This document shows positions 19,162 through 28,621 of a stretch of 64,000 bases of DNA, piece by piece (position 1 is the stretch's first letter; each line of letters starts with the position of its first letter). The stretch is from Pseudomonadota bacterium. GTDB taxonomy: Bacteria > Pseudomonadota > Alphaproteobacteria > Rhizobiales > Amorphaceae. The translations under genes and the position numbers were made by a program. The DNA lies in the NCBI GenBank assembly GCA_039034015.1, contig JBCCBM010000007.1, positions 91,289-155,288 on the forward strand, in the 5' to 3' direction. Below the pieces are notes generated by a model that ran no database searches, had not been told where the DNA came from, and saw only the letters and a list, made by a program, of their open reading frames with translations.

Positions 19162-21111
19162 ATGAAAACAGAACCCCTTTGGCGCCCGAGCGATCCATCC
19201 GCAACGCGCCTTTCAGCCTTCATGGCCTATTGCGCCGAGCGCGCGGGGCAACCGTTCGACAATTTTCGCGCGCTCCACGCCTGGTCCATCGAGGACCCGC
19301 CCGCCTTCTGGGACGCGGTGTGGGACGCAACGGGCGTGATTGGCGAAAAGGGCGCGCGGGTGCTGATCGATGGCGATCAGATGCCGGGCGCTGCCTTCTT
19401 CCCTGATGCGACGCTAAACTTTGCGCAAAATCTCCTCGCCGGCGACCCGGACGGGGAAGCGCTGGTGTTCCGCGGGGAGGACAAAGCCAACCTTCGCCTC
19501 ACCCGCGGCGCGCTCACCGCGGCGGTCGCAAAAATGGCAGCGTTCCTCACCGAGGCGGGCGTCGGGCCGGGCGACCGTGTGGCCGCGATGCTCCCCAACA
19601 TGCCGCAGACCATTGTGGCGTGCCTTGCAACGGCCGCGGTGGGCGGCACATTCTCATCCGCCTCGCCCGACTTTGGCGAGCGCGGCGTCCTCGACCGGTT
19701 CGGCCAAATCGAGCCCAAGGTTTTTGTGACCTGCGATGGCTATTGGTATTCGGGAAAGCCCATCGATGTCTCGGCCAAGGTGGTGGCGGTGGCCGAAGCG
19801 CTGAACCCCGCCGCCACCGTCATCGTGCCGTATCTTGATGATCTGCGCGCCAACGAGTTGGCCGACCAAATCACCGGCGGCATCCTTTATGATGCGATCA
19901 TGGCGCGGGCCGAGACTGAGCCCGCCTACACGCCCATGCCCTTTGCGCACCCGCAATTCATCCTCTTCTCCTCCGGGACGACGGGGGTGCCAAAGTGCAT
20001 TGTCCACAGCGCCGGCGGCACGCTCCTCCAGCACAAGAAGGAGCACGCCTTCCACGCCGACATTGGGCCGGGCGACCGCATGTTTTATTTCACCACCTGC
20101 GGGTGGATGATGTGGAACTGGCTGATCACGGGACTGTCCGCCGGCGCAACGCTCATCTTATTCGACGGCTCGCCCTTTGCCCCCACACCCACCGTGTTGT
20201 GGGATTTGGCGCAGGACGAAAAAGTCACCTTCTTCGGCACCAGCGCAAAATATATCGATGCGCTGCGCAAAGAGGGCGTGCGGCCCGCCGATCGCCACGA
20301 CCTTTCGGCGCTGCGCACGGTCGCCTCCACAGGCTCCCCCCTGTCGGAGGAGGGGTTCCGCTATGTCTATGATGCCATCAAGGCCGACGTGCACCTCGCC
20401 TCCATCTCGGGTGGGACGGACATTGTGAGCTGCTTTGTGCTGGGCGTTCCCACCGAGCCTGTCTATGCGGGCGAAATCCAGGGCCCCGGCCTTGGCATGG
20501 CGGTGGATGTGGCGGCCGACGACGGCGCCCCGATGGCCGCCGGCAAGGGCGAGCTTGTGTGCCGCACCCCGTTCCCGTCGATGCCGGTGATGTTTTTCAA
20601 CGACCCTGACGGCGCAAAATACCGCGCGGCGTATTTTGAGCGGTTCTCCGGCATCTGGTGCCACGGGGATTTTGCCGAGTGGACGCCCCGGGGCGGCATG
20701 GTGATCCACGGCCGGTCCGACGCGGTGCTGAACCCCGGCGGCGTGCGCATCGGAACTGCTGAAATCTACGCGCAGGTGGAGCAGGTGCCGGACGTCTTGG
20801 AGGCCCTCGCCATTGGCCAGCAGATGGACGATGACGTGCGTGTGGTGCTCTTCGTGCGCCTTGCTCAAAACGTTGAATTGACGGACGAACTCCAAAAAGC
20901 GATCCGCACCAAGGTGCGCACCGGGGCCTCGCCGCGCCACGTGCCGGCGCGCATTGTGGCTGTGCCCGACATTCCGCGCACCAAATCGGGCAAGATTGTC
21001 GAGCTTGCCGTGCGCGAAGTGGTCCACGGGCGCGAGGTGAAAAACAAAGAAGCGCTCGCCAACCCCGAAGCGCTCGACCATTTTGCCGATCGTCCGGAGC
21101 TTGCCGACTAA
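19162..21111 (+). CDS. acetoacetate--CoA ligase
   Basis: LWRPS, FFPDATLNFAQNLL, FSSGTTGVPKCIVH, FTTCGWMMWNWL, SISGGTD, GRSDAVLNPGGVRIGTAEIY. Confidence 0.95.
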   Translation: MKTEPLWRPSDPSATRLSAFMAYCAERAGQPFDNFRALHAWSIEDPPAFWDAVWDATGVIGEKGARVLIDGDQMPGAAFFPDATLNFAQNLLAGDPDGEALVFRGEDKANLRLTRGALTAAVAKMAAFLTEAGVGPGDRVAAMLPNMPQTIVACLATAAVGGTFSSASPDFGERGVLDRFGQIEPKVFVTCDGYWYSGKPIDVSAKVVAVAEALNPAATVIVPYLDDLRANELADQITGGILYDAIMARAETEPAYTPMPFAHPQFILFSSGTTGVPKCIVHSAGGTLLQHKKEHAFHADIGPGDRMFYFTTCGWMMWNWLITGLSAGATLILFDGSPFAPTPTVLWDLAQDEKVTFFGTSAKYIDALRKEGVRPADRHDLSALRTVASTGSPLSEEGFRYVYDAIKADVHLASISGGTDIVSCFVLGVPTEPVYAGEIQGPGLGMAVDVAADDGAPMAAGKGELVCRTPFPSMPVMFFNDPDGAKYRAAYFERFSGIWCHGDFAEWTPRGGMVIHGRSDAVLNPGGVRIGTAEIYAQVEQVPDVLEALAIGQQMDDDVRVVLFVRLAQNVELTDELQKAIRTKVRTGASPRHVPARIVAVPDIPRTKSGKIVELAVREVVHGREVKNKEALANPEALDHFADRPELAD

Positions 21112-21172
21112 GACGGGCTCGCAAGTCAAAGAGGCGCGCATCTTGTCTGCGCCCGCCTGGGCGCAGGATGCG

Positions 21173-21496
21173 CTACGGCTCGAGCGTAAAAGTGGCGACC
21201 AGTTCGCCATCGGGGAGGTCCCGCACCTCGATCCGCGGGGCGTCGCCACCGATGCGCAGGACGAGGCTGTCGTCCGCGACGGTCGCCGAGACAAGGTCGG
21301 CCGCGCGGATGGGGAGGGCGACGGGCTCGGCTTGTTTGGCCTCCTCGATCTGCCCGACACGGTAAAAAATGCCGGCCACCACCGCGAGGAGGCCGAGCAC
21401 CATAATGCCGGTGGAAAAGAACAGGAGCCGCGCAAGTTTTTTGCGCACGCGCTCCATGGCGGGGTCGAGGTCGCCTTCCTCGTCGCGCTCGTCCAA
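21173..21496 (-). CDS. conserved small membrane protein
   Basis: TTG start with GGAGG RBS. MDERDEEGDLDPAMERVRKKL followed by one TM. Confidence 0.75.
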   Translation of the reverse strand: MDERDEEGDLDPAMERVRKKLARLLFFSTGIMVLGLLAVVAGIFYRVGQIEEAKQAEPVALPIRAADLVSATVADDSLVLRIGGDAPRIEVRDLPDGELVATFTLEP

Positions 21497-21505
21497 GATG
21501 CCTCC

Positions 21506-22459
21506 ATGGAGATCGTTGTTTCGTCCCCCGGCCGCGCGGATGCGGTGATTGCCGCAGCGGCGGACGACCTGTCGCGCACCAGGGTCAAAGGGCTGATACG
21601 GGCGGGCGCGGTGGAACTCAATGGGGAACCCCTCACCGACCCCGCGCAAAAGCTGGCGGCCGGCGACCGCATCCGCCTCACGCCACCCCCGCCAGAGCCC
21701 GCAAAGCCGGCGCCTGAGCCGATCCCCCTCGACATCCTCTACGAGGACGACAGCCTGATTGTGCTGGTAAAACCGGCCGGCATGGTGGTCCACCCCGCCG
21801 CCGGACACTTTTCGGGGACGCTCGTGAACGCCCTGCTCCACCATTGCGGCGACAGTCTTTCCGGCATAGGCGGCGTTGCGCGGCCGGGCATCGTGCACCG
21901 GCTCGACAAGGACACGTCCGGCGTGATGGTGGTGGCGAAGACCGACGCTGCCCACGCCCACCTTTCGGCCCAATTTGCCGATCATGGCCGCACCGGCCCC
22001 CTGTTGCGGCTTTATGATGCGCTGGTGTGGGGCGCGCCCGAGCCGCCCGCTGGCACCATCGATGCGGCGCTCGGCCGCCACCCCACCGACCGGCAGCGCT
22101 TTGCCGTGCGCGCCGATGGCAAAGTGGCCATCACCCATTTTGCGTTGGAAGAACGCCTGGGCGCGGCAAGCCGGCTCTCTCTGCGCCTGGAGACAGGCCG
22201 CACCCACCAGATCCGCGTTCACATGACGCACAAGGGGCACCCGCTTCTCGGCGATGCCACCTATGGGACGGGCTTTGCCACCAAAGCGAACCACCTTTCG
22301 CCCGAGGCGCGGGCGGCGCTCGCCGCACTGGGGCGGCAGGCGCTCCATGCGGCGCACCTGTCGTTTGCGCATCCAGCGACCGGTGCGCACCTATCATTTA
22401 ACGCGCCATTACCCAAAGACCTCTCACGGCTGCATTGTTGCCTTACTTCTGGCGCATAG
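21506..22459 (+). CDS. rluD: RluA/RluD-family pseudouridine synthase
   Basis: S4-like N-terminus (LSRTRVKGLI), VLVKPAGMVVHP, RPGIVHRLDKDTSG, LETGRTHQIRVH, RQALHA. Confidence 0.9.
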   Translation: MEIVVSSPGRADAVIAAAADDLSRTRVKGLIRAGAVELNGEPLTDPAQKLAAGDRIRLTPPPPEPAKPAPEPIPLDILYEDDSLIVLVKPAGMVVHPAAGHFSGTLVNALLHHCGDSLSGIGGVARPGIVHRLDKDTSGVMVVAKTDAAHAHLSAQFADHGRTGPLLRLYDALVWGAPEPPAGTIDAALGRHPTDRQRFAVRADGKVAITHFALEERLGAASRLSLRLETGRTHQIRVHMTHKGHPLLGDATYGTGFATKANHLSPEARAALAALGRQALHAAHLSFAHPATGAHLSFNAPLPKDLSRLHCCLTSGA

Positions 22460-22505
22460 GCGTTTCACCGCAGGTGCGTTGGCAAGGCCGCCACGGGGCG
22501 GTAAT

Positions 22506-22533
22506 TTGCAATGAAGGCCGAAGGCACCCATGT
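22506..22533 (+). promoter_or_regulatory. candidate sigma32-type promoter of rpoH
   Basis: TTGCAA-N15-CCCATGT resembles the sigma32 consensus CTTGAAA-N13-17-CCCCATNT. Confidence 0.4.
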
Positions 22534-22613
22534 CTGGGGATCGCGGTGCTTCGGACCGTGTACGTGCCGCCCGCGGGAGGTGGGGGTGCGAAACAGCCAA
22601 AAGGGGGGTGCTT

Positions 22614-23516
22614 ATGGCCCAATCCTTACCTGCGATTGCGTCCGGTGAAGCGGGCTTGTCACGCTATCTGGACGAAATTCGAAAATTTCCGATGCTGGAG
22701 CCCCAGCAGGAATACATGCTCGCGAAATCGTACCTTGAGCATGACGACGCCGATTCGGCCCACCAACTCGTCACCAGCCACCTGCGCCTGGTCGCCAAAA
22801 TCGCCATGGGCTACCGCGGCTACGGCCTGCCCATCTCCGAGGTGATCTCGGAAGGGAACGTTGGCTTGATGCAGGCGGTGAAGCGGTTTGACCCCGAAAA
22901 AGGCTTCCGCCTCGCCACCTACGCCATGTGGTGGATCAAAGCCGCGATCCAAGAGTACATCTTGCGCTCGTGGAGCCTTGTGAAGCTTGGCACAACGGCG
23001 AACCAAAAGCGGCTCTTCTTCAACCTGCGCAAAGCCAAAAGCTCCATCCAAGCGCTTGAGGATGGGGACCTTCGGCCCGACCAGGTGACCGCGATCGCCC
23101 AAAAGCTGAGCGTTCCGGAGAGCGATGTCATCTCCATGAACCGCCGGCTTTCAGGCGACAGTTCGCTCAACAGCCCCATCCGCCAGGAGGCCGACAGCGG
23201 CGAATGGCAAGACTGGCTGGTGGACGAGAGCGAAAGCCAAGAGCAGGTGCTTGCCGAGAATGAAGAGCTCGACAATCGCCGTGCGCTTCTGCGCGATGCC
23301 ATGGGCGTGCTGAACGAGCGGGAGCAGCGGATCTTTCAGATGCGCCGCCTCGCCGAAGAGCCGATGACGCTGGAAGCGCTGTCGGAAGAGTTTGGCGTCA
23401 GCCGCGAGCGGGTGCGCCAAATTGAAGTGCGCGCCTTTGAGAAGGTGCAAAAAGCGGTGGTAAAGGCGGCCCGTGAGCTGGAGCGGCCGACGGCCGAGCT
23501 CGCCCCGCCGTCCTAA
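22614..23516 (+). CDS. rpoH: RNA polymerase sigma factor RpoH (sigma32)
   Basis: LSRYLDEIRKFPML, HLRLVAKIAMGYRGYGL, RpoH box NQKRLFFNLRKAK, VSRERVRQIE. Confidence 0.96.
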   Translation: MAQSLPAIASGEAGLSRYLDEIRKFPMLEPQQEYMLAKSYLEHDDADSAHQLVTSHLRLVAKIAMGYRGYGLPISEVISEGNVGLMQAVKRFDPEKGFRLATYAMWWIKAAIQEYILRSWSLVKLGTTANQKRLFFNLRKAKSSIQALEDGDLRPDQVTAIAQKLSVPESDVISMNRRLSGDSSLNSPIRQEADSGEWQDWLVDESESQEQVLAENEELDNRRALLRDAMGVLNEREQRIFQMRRLAEEPMTLEALSEEFGVSRERVRQIEVRAFEKVQKAVVKAARELERPTAELAPPS

Positions 23517-23549
23517 ACTGTCGGCGCCGGCCATAAATTTCGGCAAAGG

Positions 23550-23576
23550 TGTCGAAATGGCCGGCCCACCTTCGTC
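23550..23576 (+). promoter_or_regulatory. ECF42-type promoter
   Basis: TGTCGA-N17-CGTC directly upstream of the DGPF gene. Confidence 0.65.
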
Positions 23577-23624
23577 ATGATGGCAGCGGGCGAGAGGCGC
23601 CCGCGCCAACTTGACGGAGACATC

Positions 23625-23990
23625 ATGCAATACGCCCTTTTGTACTTTGAGACGCCCACCGAGTACGCCCGCCGCACAGGCCCCGACCAAGACGCCTATT
23701 GGGGCGCCTGGACCACCTACATGGGCATGATGCACGAAAAGGGCGTCTCCCAAGGCGGGCAGGCGTTGCACCCTGGCCAGAGCACCGTTGTCCGGAGCGC
23801 CGGCGCGGACCGCATCATCGAAGACGGCCCCTTTGCCGAAGCGCGGGAGGAGCTGGGCGGCTTCGTGATTGTCGACGTGCCGGACCTTGATGCCGCGCTC
23901 ACCTATGCGCAGGCCGCACCCTGTGCCGCGCCCGGCGCGGGGCATGTGGAGGTGCACCCCGTCCTCCAAATGCAGACGGAAGACGCGTGA
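23625..23990 (+). CDS. YciI/DGPF-family protein
   Basis: GGAGA RBS. IEDGPFAEAREELGGFVIVDVPDLDAAL motif. Confidence 0.9.
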   Translation: MQYALLYFETPTEYARRTGPDQDAYWGAWTTYMGMMHEKGVSQGGQALHPGQSTVVRSAGADRIIEDGPFAEAREELGGFVIVDVPDLDAALTYAQAAPCAAPGAGHVEVHPVLQMQTEDA

Positions 23991-25186
23991 CCCCGTCGGC
24001 CGCAGACGCGCGCGCGGCCGCCGAGACGGCCGCACGTGACGCCTACGGCCGACTCCTCGCCCGCCTTGTGCGCCGCACCCGCGACATTGCGGCCGCCGAA
24101 GACGCCTTGTCCGACGCCTTTGCCAAGGCGCTTGCCGTGTGGCCCGAAACGGGCGTGCCGGCCGCGCCCGAGGCCTGGCTCACCACCGTTGCCACCAACG
24201 CTGCCCGTGATGCCGCCCGCCGCCGCGCCACAGGGGACGGCGCCATCCCCACCCTGCAACTCCTGGCCGAAGAGATTTCCGCACGCGACCCGGTGGCGGA
24301 TGAGCGACTGACGCTAATCCTGGCCGCCTCGCACCCCGCAATCGCCACCGCCGTCCACGCGCCGCTCATCCTTCAGGTGGTGTTTGGCGTGCCGGTGCAT
24401 GAGATTGCGCCGGCGTTTTTGATGGCGCCGTCGGCGCTTGGCCAGCGCCTGGTGCGCGCCAAGGCCAAGATCAAGAACGCGGGGATCCGCCTTGATGTGG
24501 GCGCGCACGAGCGGCCCGCGCGCCTTGCCCGCGCGCTGGACGCGGTCTACGCGCTCTACACCGTCGCCCGTGCTGCGCCCCCCTCCGCCACGGCCGAGGC
24601 GCGGGCCGGCGATGCGCTCACCCTCGCGCTCCTCATCGCGGACCTTGCCCGGGACGAGCCGGAGGCCTTTGGCCTTGTCTCGCTGATTGCGTTTTCCGAA
24701 AGCCGGCGGCCCGCCGCGCGGGTGGATGGGGCCTATGTGCCGCTCTCCAAACAAGATTGCGCCCTGTGGGACGCGCGGCTTTTGGCGCTGGCGGAGGGGC
24801 AGCTGGCGCGCGCGGCCCGCCACAGGGTCGCCGGGCCCTATCAGCTTGAGGCGGCGATCCAATCGGTCCACTGCAACCGCCGGCGGACCGGGGCCACCGA
24901 ATGGGCGGTGATTGCAACGCTTTATGATGCGCGGGTCGCGATGGCCCCCTCGGTGGGCGCAGAGGTCGCCCGGGCGGTCGCCCATGCCGAAGCCTTTGGC
25001 CCGGCCCAGGGGCTTGCCCTCCTTGCCGAAATTTCTGGCGAGAAGGCCGAGCGGTATCAGCCCTATTGGGCCGTTCGCGCGCACCTTGAGGCGGCCTCGG
25101 GGCAAGAAAGTTCGCAGGCCGCCGACCGCGCCATTGAGATGACCGGCGACGAGGCGGTGCGCTCCCACCTCAAAGCGCAGCGCTGA
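23987..25186 (+). CDS. ECF sigma factor with TPR-like C-terminal extension (ECF42-type)
   Basis: YGRLLARL...AEDALSDAF...WP..G.P..PEAWL, sigma4 EIAPAFL..PSALGQRLVRAKAKI, GPYQLEAAI. GTGA overlap with the DGPF gene. Confidence 0.88.
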   Translation: MTPSAADARAAAETAARDAYGRLLARLVRRTRDIAAAEDALSDAFAKALAVWPETGVPAAPEAWLTTVATNAARDAARRRATGDGAIPTLQLLAEEISARDPVADERLTLILAASHPAIATAVHAPLILQVVFGVPVHEIAPAFLMAPSALGQRLVRAKAKIKNAGIRLDVGAHERPARLARALDAVYALYTVARAAPPSATAEARAGDALTLALLIADLARDEPEAFGLVSLIAFSESRRPAARVDGAYVPLSKQDCALWDARLLALAEGQLARAARHRVAGPYQLEAAIQSVHCNRRRTGATEWAVIATLYDARVAMAPSVGAEVARAVAHAEAFGPAQGLALLAEISGEKAERYQPYWAVRAHLEAASGQESSQAADRAIEMTGDEAVRSHLKAQR

Positions 25187-25234
25187 TTTTGTGCTAAGCC
25201 ACGGCCGCGAAAGACGGGAAAGGATTGGGTCGCC

Positions 25235-26068
25235 ATGTGGACACGGGGGCAAAGGCGAACGCTCTCGTTCGGCCTGCAGACGGTGTTGGGCCTGCGCCAA
25301 AAGGGGTTTTTCATCCCCCTTCGCACCGCGCCCGCGGCCGCCCTTTGGTCCCAAACACCCTCCGAAGCCCTTGCCGCCCGCTTTGAGATGGCCCGCCCCA
25401 CTTTTGCCGCGCACCTTGAAGCCATTGGCACCCACGCGGCCGATCTTGCCGTTTTGAACGGGCCGCCGCCCGAACCGCGCTTTGACCAAACCTGGTTCCC
25501 CCGGCTTGACGCTGCCGCGCTCTATACGCTGGTGCGAACGGCAGCGCCCCGCCGGATTGTGGAGGTGGGCTCTGGCCACTCCACCCGCTTCTTGGCGCGG
25601 GCTGTGCGCGATGGCGGGCTTTCAACGGCCATCACCGCCATCGACCCGATGCCGCGGGCCGACCTTGCTGGCCTTCCCATCGACCTTCGGCGGCAAACCC
25701 TGCAAGAGGCGGGGCTGGAGGCGGTCTCACACCTTACCGCCGGTGATCTCCTGTTTGTGGATTCCAGCCACGTCTTGATGCCCGGGACGGACGTCGACAT
25801 CGTGCTGTCACACATCATCCCAGCGCTGCCGGCGGGCGTTTTGGTGGGCTTTCACGACATCTTTTTGCCCGACCCCTATCCGCCCGCCTGGCCCTTCTCG
25901 GCCTACAATGAGCAGAATGCGGTAGCGCCGCTGTTGCCCGGCGCCACGCTCGTGTTTTCAAGCCACTATGTGGTGACGCGCATGGCCGATGCCTTGGCCG
26001 CCGCGTGGCCGGGCGCGCCCCCCCTGAAGGCCGGGGCGCGCGAAAGCCTTCTCCTCATCAAGCTTTGA
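25235..26068 (+). CDS. class I SAM-dependent methyltransferase (Methyltransf_24-like)
   Basis: IVEVGSGHST, LLFVDSSH, VGFHDIFLP. Confidence 0.85.
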   Translation: MWTRGQRRTLSFGLQTVLGLRQKGFFIPLRTAPAAALWSQTPSEALAARFEMARPTFAAHLEAIGTHAADLAVLNGPPPEPRFDQTWFPRLDAAALYTLVRTAAPRRIVEVGSGHSTRFLARAVRDGGLSTAITAIDPMPRADLAGLPIDLRRQTLQEAGLEAVSHLTAGDLLFVDSSHVLMPGTDVDIVLSHIIPALPAGVLVGFHDIFLPDPYPPAWPFSAYNEQNAVAPLLPGATLVFSSHYVVTRMADALAAAWPGAPPLKAGARESLLLIKL

Positions 26069-26139
26069 TGCTTGCGCGCCTTTCGATTGACCCATTGTGC
26101 GCCGGCAAAGCCCGCGCGGCGCCTGAGCGTCACCCACAT

Positions 26140-26166
26140 GCTGACCAAGTCAAAGACTTGGGCAGC
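26140..26166. terminator. hairpin between convergent genes
   Basis: gctgaccaagtc-aaa-gacttgggcagc, 11/12 paired, no clear U-tract. Confidence 0.4.
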
Positions 26167-26185
26167 GTCGGTATGAGGGGAGCGC

Positions 26186-26818
26186 TCACTTCGGCTGGGG
26201 GACAATGCGCAAATAAGGGCGCGGGGCGGTCCACCCGTCGGGGAATTTTTCGCGCGCCTCTTCGTCCGACACCGCCGGCACGATGATGACATCCTCGCCC
26301 TGCTTCCAGTTCACCGGAGTGGCCACCTTGTGGGTCGCGGTGAGCTGCAGGCTGTCGATCACGCGAAGGATCTCGTCAAAATTGCGGCCGGTGGACGCCG
26401 GGTAGTTCAGCGTCATTTTGATCTTCTTGTCCGGGCCGACGACGAAGACGGAGCGCACCGTCATGGTGTCGGGCGCATCGTCAGGCAGCATCTCATAGAG
26501 CGTTGCGACTTTGCGGTCCTTGTCGGCAATCAGCGGGAAGTTCAGCGCGGTGCCTTGCGTTTGCGCAATATCGTCAGACCAACGGTCGTGGTCCTCCAGC
26601 CCATCCACCGAGAGGCCGAGCGCGACGACGCCGCGGGCATCAAACTCGCCCTTCAGCTTGGCGGTGTAGCCGAGTTCTGTGGTGCACACCGGCGTGAAAT
26701 TTTTGGGGTGTGAGAAGAGGATCGCCCACTTTCCGTCGATATAGTCGTGGAAGCGGATGGGGCCTTCGGTGGTCTGCGCCTCAAAGTCGGGCGCGGTCTG
26801 TCCGATGTGAATGGTCAT
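26186..26818 (-). CDS. 1-Cys peroxiredoxin (Prx6 type)
   Basis: WAILFSHPKNFTPVCTTELG, YPASTGRNFDEILR, ATPVNW. Confidence 0.95.
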   Translation of the reverse strand: MTIHIGQTAPDFEAQTTEGPIRFHDYIDGKWAILFSHPKNFTPVCTTELGYTAKLKGEFDARGVVALGLSVDGLEDHDRWSDDIAQTQGTALNFPLIADKDRKVATLYEMLPDDAPDTMTVRSVFVVGPDKKIKMTLNYPASTGRNFDEILRVIDSLQLTATHKVATPVNWKQGEDVIIVPAVSDEEAREKFPDGWTAPRPYLRIVPQPK

Positions 26819-26875
26819 GGCAAACTCACTTTCGTTGCCGCTCACATGTCTTTGATGGCAGGGGAGCGCAAGGGG

Positions 26876-26899
26876 GATTATGTGCAATGGCACACAATC
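26876..26899. promoter_or_regulatory. inverted repeat, candidate redox-regulator operator
   Basis: GATTATGTGC-aatg-GCACACAATC (9/10) between two divergent peroxiredoxin genes. Confidence 0.45.
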
Positions 26900-26917
26900 A
26901 GAACCCGTGAGACCCCC

Positions 26918-27472
26918 ATGTCCGATCTCTCCCCCCTCCTTCCGCGCGAACCTGTGCCGGCCCTCACCGTCCCCCTCGTCGGCGGCGGCACGTTTGACCT
27001 TGCCCGCGACCATGGCGAGCGCTTTACCCTCGTCGTCTTCTACCGCGGCCTGCACTGCCCCGTCTGCAAAGCGTATCTGGGCAGCCTCGAAAAGCTCCTG
27101 CCGCAGTTTGCCGAGCGCGGCGTTTCCGTGGTCGCCCTCTCCACCGACACGGAAGAGCGCGCTGCCACCGCAAAAACCGAATGGAAGCTCCCCAACCTTG
27201 CCCTCGGCCACTCCCTGTCACTCGCCGATGCGCGCGCGTGGGGGCTTTATGTCTCGTCCGGGATCGGCACAACATCCATCGGGCTTGAAGAGCCTGCGCA
27301 GTTTGCCGAACCCGGTCTCTACTTCGTGCGTGCAGATGGGACGCTTTATTTCGGCGCGGTCCAGACCATGCCGTTTGCCCGGCCGCGGTTTGAAGACATG
27401 CTGCCGGCGCTCGATTTCGTGATCAAGAAAGACTATCCGGCACGTGGTGAAGTGGCAAAGCTTGCCGCCTGA
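26918..27472 (+). CDS. peroxiredoxin-like AhpC/TSA redoxin
   Basis: LVVFYRGLHCPVCKAYL CxxC, FAEPGLYFV, QTMPFARP. Confidence 0.88.
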   Translation: MSDLSPLLPREPVPALTVPLVGGGTFDLARDHGERFTLVVFYRGLHCPVCKAYLGSLEKLLPQFAERGVSVVALSTDTEERAATAKTEWKLPNLALGHSLSLADARAWGLYVSSGIGTTSIGLEEPAQFAEPGLYFVRADGTLYFGAVQTMPFARPRFEDMLPALDFVIKKDYPARGEVAKLAA

Positions 27473-27482
27473 TCGCGTCTGG

Positions 27483-27589
27483 GGCGGGGGAGCAAGCCTC
27501 TCCCGCCTTGGTTCCATTCTCTCGCGGAGAAGAACGAGCCTCAACCCACGCTTCGCTCTTCGGGGTTGACCCTCGTTCGTCTCCGCGAG
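27483..27589. repeat. two tandem hairpins, including a 69-bp imperfect palindrome
   Basis: ggcgggggag/ctctcccgcc, then ctcgcggaga..gaacgag..tcaaccc paired with gggttga..ctcgttc..tctccgcgag (27521-27589). Confidence 0.7.
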
Positions 27590-27669
27590 CTTCTGAGGGT
27601 GTCGGCTCCGGAGGAAGGTCGGGCTTTCGTCTCACCAGAGGAAGTGTGGGGGGACTAGCGGCCCGCTCC

Positions 27670-28599
27670 TCACTTCAATTGCACGGCGTACGTGTCTAGG
27701 GGCGGGAGGTCGGTGACGAGGCCGGCTTCGGTCATGAAGTTGGCGAAGGTCTCGTATTTGGCGCGGTCAAGCGGTTTGGCGTCCTTCGGGAATTTTGGCA
27801 GCGTGTCCTTGAACGCTTGGCGGTTGAGGGCATCGTCAATGTCGGGATTGGCCTCGAAGAAGAGGTCTTCCGCCGCCTCCGGGTTGTCGGCTTGCCAGGC
27901 GCTCGCGGCGCTGACCGCGTCCAAGAAGCGGGACATGGCGTCTTCGTCCGCGCGATCCTGACGGGTGATGTAAATCAGCTCTTCATAGGTCGGGACGCCG
28001 TTCTCCTCGGGGAAGAAGGCGCGGCCCTCCGACCCCTCCAGGCGCAGCTGGGTGAGCTCAAAATTGCGGAACGCGCCAATCACGGCGTCAACGCGGCCGG
28101 AAATGAGCGCGGGGGTGAGCGCGAAGTTGACGTTCACCAGCGTGACGTCGCTGAGCGATAGCCCTTCTGTTTCCAGCATTTTGCCCAGGAGCGCGTCTTC
28201 AAAGCCGCCGACGGAAAAGCCGACCGTTGCGCCCTTGAGGTCGGCGATGGATTGGATCGGGCCGTCGGCCAGCGCCACCAGCGAGTTGAGCGGCGAGGCG
28301 ACCAGCGTGCCGATCCGTGCCACCGGGAGGCCCTGGTCGGCCTGTTGGTAGAGGCTTGGCTGGTAGGTGATCGCAATGTCGCCCTCGCCGGCGGCCACCA
28401 GGCGGGGCGGGGCAGAGGGGTCGGCCGGGGCGATGAAGGTCACGTCAAGGTCGCGGGAAGCAAACTCGCCGCGCGCTTCGGCAATGTAGAGCGGGGCGTG
28501 GTCGGGGTTCACGAACCAGTCGAGGAGGACGGTGAGCTCATCGCGCGCGTGGGCGGCGCTGGTGGTAAGGGCGAAGAGGGCGACAAGGAGGAGGCGCAT
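27670..28599 (-). CDS. NMT1/THI5-like (ThiY-type) ABC substrate-binding protein
   Basis: Signal peptide, LLDWFVNPDHAP, APADPSAPPRLVAAG, IGAFRNFE, GVPTYEELI. Confidence 0.92.
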   Translation of the reverse strand: MRLLLVALFALTTSAAHARDELTVLLDWFVNPDHAPLYIAEARGEFASRDLDVTFIAPADPSAPPRLVAAGEGDIAITYQPSLYQQADQGLPVARIGTLVASPLNSLVALADGPIQSIADLKGATVGFSVGGFEDALLGKMLETEGLSLSDVTLVNVNFALTPALISGRVDAVIGAFRNFELTQLRLEGSEGRAFFPEENGVPTYEELIYITRQDRADEDAMSRFLDAVSAASAWQADNPEAAEDLFFEANPDIDDALNRQAFKDTLPKFPKDAKPLDRAKYETFANFMTEAGLVTDLPPLDTYAVQLK

Positions 28600-28621
28600 C
28601 GGGCAACCCATGGCGTTGGCC

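Noticed and set aside
27595-27640. SRP-like (tccggaggaagg) and hammerhead-like (ctggtgagacgaaa, minus strand) snippets
   Set aside because: The SRP GGAAGGAAGCAGCC core and the hammerhead CUGANGA plus stem II are not satisfied.
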